NCBI GenBank assembly: GCA_050011355.1
Contig: JBEKJG010000007.1
Coordinates: 30,756-94,755 of the forward strand
Direction: 5' to 3'
DNA: 64,000 bases
Source: Thermoplasmata archaeon
GTDB taxonomy: Archaea > Thermoplasmatota > Thermoplasmata > Lutacidiplasmatales > UBA184
Below the pieces are notes generated by a model, which was given only the letters and a program-made list of their open reading frames with translations, made no database searches and had not been told where the DNA came from. Shown piece after piece: positions 26,346-34,853 of the stretch. The stretch's first letter is position 1; each line of letters begins with the position of its first letter. Made by a program: the position numbers and the translations under genes.

Positions 26346-29300
26346 ATGGCGGATCTTCACGTGCCGGTAGTCAATCACCCCGCGTCTCCGGCGGCGACCT
26401 GCTTAGCCTTCGCCGTCGTCGCCGCGATGCTGGTGTCGGCGATACCGTTCGCGGCAGAAAGTCCCGCTCCCCCGGCCTCGCCTCCTCCCTCCCCGGTCGC
26501 CGTGAGTTCCGTCCGGTCGACGGGACCGCCCCCGAGTCTTCCTGCCCTACAGAGCACGCTCTCCGTGAACGCTTCCTCCGTCAATCTGTCGAGTTTGTTC
26601 TGGGGCGCGACGGTGAACAATGAGGTCCGAATGTTTCGGGGGGAGACGGCCGCCGTCAACGCCACCCCGGCGCGGGTGTTGGTCTGGCCGGGCGCAATGG
26701 CGGGGGAGGATTACGACCCGCTCACGGATACCCACTACGACACGTACACCGGAGTACCGATCCGCGCGCTCACGGACGAGGCCCAGTTCGTCCAACTCTG
26801 CCGGGCGACCCACTGCACGGCCGTGGTACAGGTCCCGGCAGAGATCGACGATCCGCAGATCGCCGAAGCGATCGTAAACTACACGGAGGTGAACCTGAGT
26901 TTCACCCCGGCGTACTGGATGATCGGGAACGAGCCCGAGCTGTGGGAGCACTGGCAGGTCCCATGGAACGAATGGGAGTCCACGTACTCGAACGGCCCGA
27001 CCCCGACGCAGTTCGGTCAGGAGGTGGTCACGTATGTCCAGGCGATCCGGGCGGTGGACCCTACGACCCCCATTCTGGGATTGCCCGCGTCGGGCTGCAC
27101 CTGCGGCTACTGGACGTTCCCCCAGTGGATTTCTGGCGTGCTCAACGTCACCGGGGACCGGATCCAGGCGGTCGCGTTCCATGAGTACCCCGCCGGTTGG
27201 CTCGGCACCGGCGACGGCAGTCTCCTCGACTTCTACCAGACGATCCAGGGGGCGGCGAGCATCCCCGTCCGGATCGCCGCGGCGCGCGCCGCCGTCGAGT
27301 CGTCCTGTCCCGGGTGCAACGTGTCCGTCTGGGTCAGCGAACTTGGTTCGGCGCTTTCTTGGTCGGCCTACGGGCAGTACGCGATCGGCTTTTCCGGTGC
27401 CCTCAGTCTCGGGTCCCAGCTCACCCAGGCGATGGACGACAACGTGTCGAACGTCGACCTGTTCGCGACGGAACTGGCTACGACCAACTCCTGGTTCAGC
27501 CCGACCGGCCAAGCCCGTCCGGATTACCAGGCCTACACGGAAGTGTTCGACCACCTCGGGACGGAGGCGTTTTCGGTCAACATGAGCGGGTTGAATCACA
27601 CCGTCTACGCGATCGACACCATCGCGCCCCACGACCAGGGGCGCCGCGACCTGCTGGTCCTGAATGACAACATAACGAACTCGGTAGAATTCTCCCCCCA
27701 GTTTGCCGAGAGGCTGGGGGACGTGCCGGTACTCGCGCTCAGCTGGAACGGCTCGATCCATTCGACCGAATCCAACGGGACGACCTGGGTGGAGCCGTAC
27801 ACTCCGAACCCCGTTCCGACCGAGTTCCCGGACGGGTTACCCGCGAACTACACCCTGCCCCCTCAGAGCTTGGTCCTGTTCGAGTCTTATCCCAACCCCG
27901 CGTCGTACGTCCAGGTCCGGGAGCACGGGGTTCCGAACGGAACGGCCTGGTACCTCCAGCTGGGAGCCAGGTTTTACGAAACGAACGCGAACAACGTCTC
28001 CCTGCTCGTGCCGACCGGGTCGTACGCGATCGGCTCCCTCGGGATCCCCTTGCCCATCGATGGGCATGAACGGAACCCGACCGAGCAGCTCGGCCCGTTC
28101 CTGAGCTCCCCATTCTCGGTCGGAGGGCCCTACGCCAACGCTTCCGTGAACTTCGTCGTGCAATGGCGGGTCAACGCCACGGCGTCCCCGGCGGGGAGCG
28201 GGACCGTGACGCCGGGGGCCGTCTGGTGGAACGATAGCGAGCCGCTGAACCTCTCCGTCGTGGCCCCTGCGCCCGGGTACGCGTTTGCCGGGTGGAGCGG
28301 CTGGGGTCCGGGGGCGGCGAACGGCACCGCTCGCACGATCCGGGTCGACCCCACCGGCGGGATCACGGAGCGGGCGCGCTTCGTCATCGGGGATCCGGTG
28401 ACGATACTCGAAGGAGGTCTCCCGGACAACACGACATGGTCGGTCACGGTCCGTGGATTCACCACGAACTCGACCGGGGGCGTCCTGATGCTCTATGAGC
28501 CGGTTGGGTCGTATGGGTACAGCGTTAGCCCGGTACCCGGCTACCGAGCGGTCCCAAAAGACGGAGGTTTCTTGGTGAATTCGTATGGTGCCTCCGTCTC
28601 GGTCCGATTCGTCGCGCTCACGCCACCCGCCCCCAAGTACCCGGTCACGTTCCACGTCTCCGGACTCCCGGCCGCGTGGACCGTTTCGATCGAGGTCCGC
28701 GGGACCAACGAGGTGGGGGGCATGGCCGGAGCGACATTCCTGCTATCGAACGGGACCTACGCGTACCGATTGGGGTACGAGCCGGGTTACCACGCCGTCG
28801 CCGGTATCAAGACCTTCGAGGTCGCCGGTGGACCGCTCACCGTGAATGTGGAGTTCGTGCCGACGGTCTACCGGGTCCTGTGGACGCCGATCGGGTCTCG
28901 CGCCTGGATGAATTGGAGCGTCGCAGTCAATGGGACGACCTACTGGGGGGGCGGGTCCGCCGTCTCGACCACCTTGGAGAACGGGACCTACCCCTACCGT
29001 ATCGACGTGCCTTCCAACTTCTCGAGCACTCCCCCTTCCGGGTTGCTCCGGATCGATGGTTCGGCGGCCCGGCTCTCGCCGGTCTTCAGCCTTCTGGAGT
29101 TCGCCGCGAGGTTCGCCGTGGGTGGACCCGAACCCTCGGGACCATGGACGGTTCGTCTCGGGAACTCGACGCTTCCGGGCACGAGCAATGGAACGTCGTT
29201 CCTGGAGGCGAACGGCACGTACACCTTCGACGTGCATCCGCCGTCGGGGGAGTTCGCAGTTCCCTCGCACGGGAACCTGACCGTGGCAGGTACCGTCCCT

Positions 29301-29468
29301 CCGCAGGTTATCCAGTTCTACCCTACCTCCGAGAAACCCTCCGACGCGCTGATCGCCCGCCTCAGCGCCGGGGTGGCGTGGGTCGTGGTCTGGCTCGGCG
29401 GGGCGGGCGTGCTGGCGTACGTAGTCCTCGGCGGAATTTGGCATCGGACCCGGCACCAGAGGAACTAA
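26346..29468 (+). CDS. membrane-anchored clan GH-A glycoside hydrolase with surface repeats
   Basis: Signal peptide, WMIGNEP, VAFHEYP, VWVSELG; GLP..T.WSV/NGTY repeats; C-terminal TM. Confidence 0.85.
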   Translation: MADLHVPVVNHPASPAATCLAFAVVAAMLVSAIPFAAESPAPPASPPPSPVAVSSVRSTGPPPSLPALQSTLSVNASSVNLSSLFWGATVNNEVRMFRGETAAVNATPARVLVWPGAMAGEDYDPLTDTHYDTYTGVPIRALTDEAQFVQLCRATHCTAVVQVPAEIDDPQIAEAIVNYTEVNLSFTPAYWMIGNEPELWEHWQVPWNEWESTYSNGPTPTQFGQEVVTYVQAIRAVDPTTPILGLPASGCTCGYWTFPQWISGVLNVTGDRIQAVAFHEYPAGWLGTGDGSLLDFYQTIQGAASIPVRIAAARAAVESSCPGCNVSVWVSELGSALSWSAYGQYAIGFSGALSLGSQLTQAMDDNVSNVDLFATELATTNSWFSPTGQARPDYQAYTEVFDHLGTEAFSVNMSGLNHTVYAIDTIAPHDQGRRDLLVLNDNITNSVEFSPQFAERLGDVPVLALSWNGSIHSTESNGTTWVEPYTPNPVPTEFPDGLPANYTLPPQSLVLFESYPNPASYVQVREHGVPNGTAWYLQLGARFYETNANNVSLLVPTGSYAIGSLGIPLPIDGHERNPTEQLGPFLSSPFSVGGPYANASVNFVVQWRVNATASPAGSGTVTPGAVWWNDSEPLNLSVVAPAPGYAFAGWSGWGPGAANGTARTIRVDPTGGITERARFVIGDPVTILEGGLPDNTTWSVTVRGFTTNSTGGVLMLYEPVGSYGYSVSPVPGYRAVPKDGGFLVNSYGASVSVRFVALTPPAPKYPVTFHVSGLPAAWTVSIEVRGTNEVGGMAGATFLLSNGTYAYRLGYEPGYHAVAGIKTFEVAGGPLTVNVEFVPTVYRVLWTPIGSRAWMNWSVAVNGTTYWGGGSAVSTTLENGTYPYRIDVPSNFSSTPPSGLLRIDGSAARLSPVFSLLEFAARFAVGGPEPSGPWTVRLGNSTLPGTSNGTSFLEANGTYTFDVHPPSGEFAVPSHGNLTVAGTVPPQVIQFYPTSEKPSDALIARLSAGVAWVVVWLGGAGVLAYVVLGGIWHRTRHQRN

Positions 29469-30311
29469 GACTCTAGCTTCGGACCTACTCCGGATGGCTC
29501 GGCGGCCGCATTCCGTCCGGTGGGGTCCGTTGCCTGAGAATTGGCCAGCGTGCTGCCGCAGCTCCGGAGGGGATCTACGCCCGGGTCTGGACGTCCGCGA
29601 ACGACCCAACCCAGGCGGTGGCTCCGTTTTCCGAGCGACCCAAGTACGAAGAAGCGGGACACCCGCCGGCGAGCCGTCGGGGCGAACGGTTCTGACCCCT
29701 CCCGACACAGCGAAACAGTCGAAGTCAAAGCCTACCGACAGGCACTCTCGTTTCCGCCACTTCGCGCCAGGTCAGCTTCCACGGGCCACTTTTCGAGGTC
29801 GCATCGCGGGGTTCCGGGTAAGATCTACAGGGTCTACGCGGTCGGATTCAATGAAGTGACCGGAAAACTAGGCACGTTGAATTCCCGGGGGATTCCAATC
29901 CCTCCTCGCCCGTTCGCTCGTCAGGGCGGAAGGTGTACGTCGGCCCGCAGGTGAGAGCCTCGCGCACTCCTGAATTCGGATTAAGGTCCAGTCCATAAAC
30001 AGGAACTGGCACTCACCTCCGATGAGGAAGCCGACTCCTCGCCCCGCCCCATTGGGAACCAGCCCAACGCGATCTTCTCCCTTCCAACCTCTCCGCGGAA
30101 TGGGTTCTTCCACTTCGGGCAGGAACGCTAACTCCCACCAGGCCACCCCCTATACTGTACGGAGAGCGCAGGTTCGACGGCCGTCCAAGCCCGGGCAGGG
30201 GTATGCCGCCTCCAAGGCCCTTTCCGGAGTATCCTTCACGGTCGGGGTCTCGGACCCCTCGACTCCGGTGCCTCCAGTTCGTCAGCCCATTACCAGTCCA
30301 TAGGTTCGAAC

Positions 30312-31196
30312 ATGTACCGAAAACTGACCGCGCTGTTTGCGTTCGTCGCCGCAATTGTCGTCGTACTCACGGTCGTCGGAATCGGATTGACCCAAGCCCC
30401 GGTGCCCACGAGCTCGTCGGTCGGCGCTCTCGCCACGAGCACGGGGGTCGGCGCCGCCGGCGCCACCGGACCCGCCATCGTCTCTTCCGGGAGTGCCTGC
30501 GGAGAGGCCAAGATTTCGCTGGGCTCCGCCGGGAATTTTGAGGTCCTTGCGGGGACGACCGTCACCAACACCGGGGCCACGGTGGTGCACGGAAACCTCG
30601 GGGTTAGCCCCGGTTCCGCGGTCACGGGATTCCCTCCCGGAAAGGTCACCGGGACGATCGACAAGGCGAACACCGCCGCGGCCAATGCCCAGACCGCACT
30701 GACCAAGGCGTACTCCAACGGAATGGGCCGCTCGAACTGCCGCGTCTCGGTCGCCGGGAACATCGGCGGCAAGACGCTGAGTCCGGGCCTGTACCACTCG
30801 TCTTCCTCTCTGGCCATCTCTTCGGGTGACCTGACCCTCACCGGGTCGGGGGGCGCGGGGAAGGTCTTCATCTTCCAGGTCACCTCCAAGCTCACGGTGA
30901 CCGCCGGCCGTCACGTGATCCTTGCCGGAGGTGCCCTCGCGAGCAATGTCTTCTGGATCGTGGGCAGCTCGGCCACCCTCGGGACCACGTCGGTCGTCTA
31001 CGGAAGCATTCTGGCCCACAAGTCGATCTCGTTGGCGACGGGCGCCGTGCTTCACGGGAAAGCATTAGCCCACATCGGGGCCGTGACGCTCGCGGGCGCC
31101 GCGCTTCACTCCGTGGTACGCTTCTCTGGCGTGACGACCCCCACGAGCGCACTCCTGGCGATGCCAACGTCGTTCCTTTCGAGGACCATTACGTAG
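30312..31196 (+). CDS. ice-binding protein (DUF3494)
   Basis: LGSAGNFEVLAGTTVTNTG..V.GNLGVSPG.AVTGFPPG; TLSPGLY; VFIFQ; ASNVFW.VGSSATLG; signal peptide. Confidence 0.92.
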   Translation: MYRKLTALFAFVAAIVVVLTVVGIGLTQAPVPTSSSVGALATSTGVGAAGATGPAIVSSGSACGEAKISLGSAGNFEVLAGTTVTNTGATVVHGNLGVSPGSAVTGFPPGKVTGTIDKANTAAANAQTALTKAYSNGMGRSNCRVSVAGNIGGKTLSPGLYHSSSSLAISSGDLTLTGSGGAGKVFIFQVTSKLTVTAGRHVILAGGALASNVFWIVGSSATLGTTSVVYGSILAHKSISLATGAVLHGKALAHIGAVTLAGAALHSVVRFSGVTTPTSALLAMPTSFLSRTIT

Positions 31197-31419
31197 ACGG
31201 CAAGCGAATCGGGGGGAGCCCCACCCCCCACGAGGGCCGGTACGCCGTGGGAACGGAACCCTGCAGGCTCCGCGCGGGGTCTGAGCACGTGGCGGGGCGT
31301 ACGCAGGGCCGGGACGACGTTCGAAGGTATGGCAATCCTTCGCACGCCGGTTAGTGAACTCTAAAGCCCCATCGTTCGTCTGGTTAGTCATACTGGGCCC
31401 CTCCGGGCCCGGCGGGTCC

Positions 31420-32847
31420 ATGGACCGATATCAGCGCGTGCCAATTCAAGAGGAGACGCGGGAGGAGCGCCTCGAGAAGTTCGCCCTGATCGACCAGCCC
31501 TATACGTTGGAACAGGCCGTCCTCGAAGGTCAGCGGTGTCTCCAGTGCGCCATGCCCTACTGCGTCCAAGGATGCCCCATCACGCAGGACGCCCGGGGGT
31601 ACAACATCCTCATCGGGGAACGGGATTTCGATGGGGCCGCGAAGCTGACGCTGCGGGACAACCCCCTCGCGACGGTCCTCTGCAAGACGTGCTACCACTT
31701 CTGCGAGGACGACTGCATCATGACCGGCCGTGGCGTGCCGATCGCGATCCGTCATCTCAAGCGGGCCGCCCTCGAGTTCGGGAAGTCGGACCTGATGTAC
31801 GTTCCGTCCAAGCGGAAGGAAGAGCGAGTAGCGGTGGTCGGCGCCGGCCCGGCGGGGCTCATGGCCGCCTGGGACCTTGCGGTCCGGGGGCACCCGGTCT
31901 CGGTCTACGAGTACGAGCCCTTCGTGGGGGGCCAGGTCAATACGATCCCCCGGTATCACCTGGACCCGGACGACCTCGATACCGACCTCTCCCGGTGGAA
32001 GAACCTGGACATCAAGTGGGTCTTGGGGAAGCGGGCCGGAGTCGATTTCACGCCCAAGAGCCTGCTGGCCGAGGGATACGAGGCCGTCCTCGTATCGATC
32101 GGCGCCTCGAAGGCGCGCGAGCTCGGGGTACCGGGCGAGCACCTCTCCGGGGTCTACCATGCCCTCCCCTTCCTGCTGGCGATGAACAAGCGCCCGGAGG
32201 GCCTGTACGGGCGGAAGGGCCGGCGGATCGTCGTGATCGGCGCCGGAGACGTAGCGTTGGATGCCGCACGGTCGGCGCGTCGGCTCTCCCAAGGCGGCGA
32301 GGTGCTCCTCGTCTACCGCCGCGGGCCCGAGGACATGAAGGCGACCGAGGAGGAGAAGACCGGAGGGGAGATCGAGGGAGTTCGGTTCGTGTTCTACCGC
32401 GCCCCGAAGGCGATCCTCGGGACCGAGCGCGTGGAGGGCCTCGCGGTCGAGCGGACCGAGCACGGTCCCCCGGACGCGAAGGGACGCCGCCCTCTCGTGG
32501 TGGTACCCAACTCCGAGGAGCGGATCGAGTGCGACATGATCATCGTGGCCGTCGGCGAGGTCGCCGACGTGTCCGGGTTCGACCCCGACTACGGATTCAA
32601 GTTCGCCTCCATGGGATGGCCGGAGGGAAAACGGGAGGATTGGATGACCGATGTCGAAGGGGTCTTCGCCACCGGTGGTCGGTCGGTCGTGCACGCGATG
32701 GCCGCCGGCGAGCGCGCGGCCGCCGCGATCGATTCCTACCTCGCGAAGAAACACGGCCGAGCTCCCGAAGCCCGACCGGACCCGTTCGGTGATCCGACGC
32801 CCCCGACGCCCCCTCCCGGGTACGGTGGGGCCACCTGGACACCGTAA
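31420..32847 (+). CDS. GltD/SudA/NfnB-like Fe-S flavoprotein (FAD/NAD(P) oxidoreductase)
   Basis: RCLQCAMPYCVQGCP, CxxCxxxCxxxC cluster, GAGPAG, GAGDVALD, YRR. Confidence 0.88.
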   Translation: MDRYQRVPIQEETREERLEKFALIDQPYTLEQAVLEGQRCLQCAMPYCVQGCPITQDARGYNILIGERDFDGAAKLTLRDNPLATVLCKTCYHFCEDDCIMTGRGVPIAIRHLKRAALEFGKSDLMYVPSKRKEERVAVVGAGPAGLMAAWDLAVRGHPVSVYEYEPFVGGQVNTIPRYHLDPDDLDTDLSRWKNLDIKWVLGKRAGVDFTPKSLLAEGYEAVLVSIGASKARELGVPGEHLSGVYHALPFLLAMNKRPEGLYGRKGRRIVVIGAGDVALDAARSARRLSQGGEVLLVYRRGPEDMKATEEEKTGGEIEGVRFVFYRAPKAILGTERVEGLAVERTEHGPPDAKGRRPLVVVPNSEERIECDMIIVAVGEVADVSGFDPDYGFKFASMGWPEGKREDWMTDVEGVFATGGRSVVHAMAAGERAAAAIDSYLAKKHGRAPEARPDPFGDPTPPTPPPGYGGATWTP

Positions 32848-32988
32848 CGGGGATCCGATCGGCCGCACGAAGCCTTGCCCGGGAACGCCGAGCCCTGAGC
32901 GGGTTCGTGAACGCTCCGCGACGCGTGCCAATCTTATCTTCGGAGAGGCTCCTGGTCCCCCGGGCGGCAGGGGGGAAGACATCGAGCC

Positions 32989-33672
32989 ATGGCCGTCCGG
33001 GTCGTCCTGGGGGAGATCAGTGCGAAGGACGCCACGACGCGGGCCGCCATTCCGTCGGCCGGACTCCCTCGGTGGCCACCCTTCGAACGGGTCGCGGAGA
33101 CGATCGCGACTCCCCGGCGACGCTTTCCCCTTCACCGACATGAGGGATGCGAAGTCCTCACCTACGTGATCGAGGGGTCGGGGTCGTACGAGTTCGGAAC
33201 CGACCCGCCCCGGACTCTCTCCGCCGGCGCGACCCACCTGTTGACGGCATCGACCAATGTGGCCCACGCGATCAACCCCGGCAAAGGTCAGACGATCCGG
33301 TGGTTCGCGGTCGTGGCGGCCCTTCCTCCCGGTTCAACGGCCCCGGTCCGAGTTCAGTCCACCCACGTCCGTCCGGGTCCGGGATCAACCGACGGCACCG
33401 CGGTCCGCCGACTCGTCGGCCCGGGCTCGGGCATCGAGTCGTCCGTGGGGATCGAGTGCGAACTGATCGAGTTTCCTTCGAACGGGACCACCTTCCGCCG
33501 GGTCGGCCACGACCGCATCGCGATCGCGTACACGCTCTCGGGTCGCGGGTCGGTGGACAACCAGACGGTCGATGCCGGCGAAGCCGCCCTGGTGGACGAT
33601 GCGGCCGGGGTTGCCATCGGTGGACGAGCCGGACTCCGGTTGATGCTCACCACCGCCCCCCGGTCGGCGTAG
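32989..33672 (+). CDS. pirin-like cupin protein
   Basis: FPLHRHEGCEVLTYVIEG...LTA...VAH. Confidence 0.8.
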   Translation: MAVRVVLGEISAKDATTRAAIPSAGLPRWPPFERVAETIATPRRRFPLHRHEGCEVLTYVIEGSGSYEFGTDPPRTLSAGATHLLTASTNVAHAINPGKGQTIRWFAVVAALPPGSTAPVRVQSTHVRPGPGSTDGTAVRRLVGPGSGIESSVGIECELIEFPSNGTTFRRVGHDRIAIAYTLSGRGSVDNQTVDAGEAALVDDAAGVAIGGRAGLRLMLTTAPRSA

Positions 33673-33698
33673 GCGCTCGGCGCGGGCACGGACCGGAC

Positions 33699-34154
33699 TC
33701 AGTTCCGATTCAGCCCCTGACGCACCATCCGTACCGTTTCGGTGACCCTTCTCTCCCGGGTCTCGACTCGCTTCGCGGAGTCGATCCACTGGAGGAACGC
33801 CTTCCGATGAGAGGGGGTCAAACGGTCGAACGTGCTTCGCGCCGACCCCAGGGCGCGATCGAGGTCCTTGGGGACACGGACCTTCTCGGGCCGGGAATCC
33901 ACGACAAGGTCCACCCGAACCGATTGGCCACCCTCCTTTCCGATGCGCTCCCGCACGCTCCGTGGGACCACGATGAACAGCGCGCCGCCCCCTCGGGGCA
34001 TGAGCGTCGATCGAAAGGGCGAGCCGTCGATCGTTCCCACTACCCGCATGCGCGCCCGGAGGCCTTCCGTCCGCACCACCGCGGTAGGCACGGGGGCGAA
34101 CGTCCACGTCCCGATGCCCTCCGGACGGACGAGTCGAGTTTCGAATCTCGACAT
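33699..34154 (-). CDS. DUF1905 + YdeI/OmpD-associated protein
   Basis: V.GTIDG.PFRSTLMP.G.G; VP.DL..AL...FD.L.PSHRK....WI..AKR.ETR.RR. Confidence 0.88.
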   Translation of the reverse strand: MSRFETRLVRPEGIGTWTFAPVPTAVVRTEGLRARMRVVGTIDGSPFRSTLMPRGGGALFIVVPRSVRERIGKEGGQSVRVDLVVDSRPEKVRVPKDLDRALGSARSTFDRLTPSHRKAFLQWIDSAKRVETRERRVTETVRMVRQGLNRN

Positions 34155-34534
34155 GATTCACCTCCGACGGAGACGCCGCGGATGAAGTCCCTTTCGGCCG
34201 CATCGCCCTCCGCGAGCCAGGTCGGGGCAGTGGTGGGGGGCTCGAACCGCTCTACACTGGTGCGAATTGGACCAGCGCCAGTCATTCGCCGGCGCCCCTC
34301 CCTGACCTCGCCGGGGGAGCCCCATGGATTGGCTGGCCCGAGCGCGCCCCCGTGCACGTCCGGAACGAGATCGAGATCACGACCCCCCCGGAACGGGTCT
34401 CGGCGTGGCTCCTCCGCGCGCCGAACTGGCCCCAGTGACTTCGCTACTCGCCTCGATCGGGGTCTGGCGTCCCGAGGTTGCCGTCGACCGTCGAACTCGT
34501 CGGGGTAGAGGACGAAGGACGCAGGGGACCTAGC

Positions 34535-34699
34535 TTACCACTTCCGGAGCGCCGTCGCCGCCTCTTTGCGCTCCGCTCGCGTCTGGTGACGCGGCGCATC
34601 CCGGGTGTACGCGGTGCACGCGCACGCGCGGCACGCTCCGTCTGCCGTGTGGAGCCTTCGCTGGTGAAGGCAACCCGGGGTCTCACATTCGGTCGTCAT
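34535..34699 (-). CDS. 54-aa Cys/His-rich (Zn-binding) small protein, not in ORF track
   Basis: MTTECETPGCLHQRRLHTADGACRACACTAYTRDAPRHQTRAERKEAATALRKW*; GAAGGT SD. Confidence 0.55.
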   Translation of the reverse strand: MTTECETPGCLHQRRLHTADGACRACACTAYTRDAPRHQTRAERKEAATALRKW

Positions 34700-34853
34700 G
34701 GCCGACCTTCGAAGAGGAGGAGGGTCCGGCGGGGTGTTCGGTGGATGGTTTGGGCATGGGGTAGGTGCGATTCGGGTCGAGCCATGTACACCGGTGAATG
34801 CGGTCGCCTAGAATAGGTCCCCCCTCCAAAGAAGGTGGGATCGCGGTCCAGCC

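Noticed and set aside
29469-30300. ORFs in the gap before the ice-binding gene
   Set aside because: No convincing codon bias, SD or motif
34205-34315. Possible structured RNA/riboswitch upstream of the DUF1905 gene
   Set aside because: Some stems are possible (GGTCGGGG/CCCTGACC, CTGGT/ACCAG), but I recognise no family signature and such pairing is expected at this GC content
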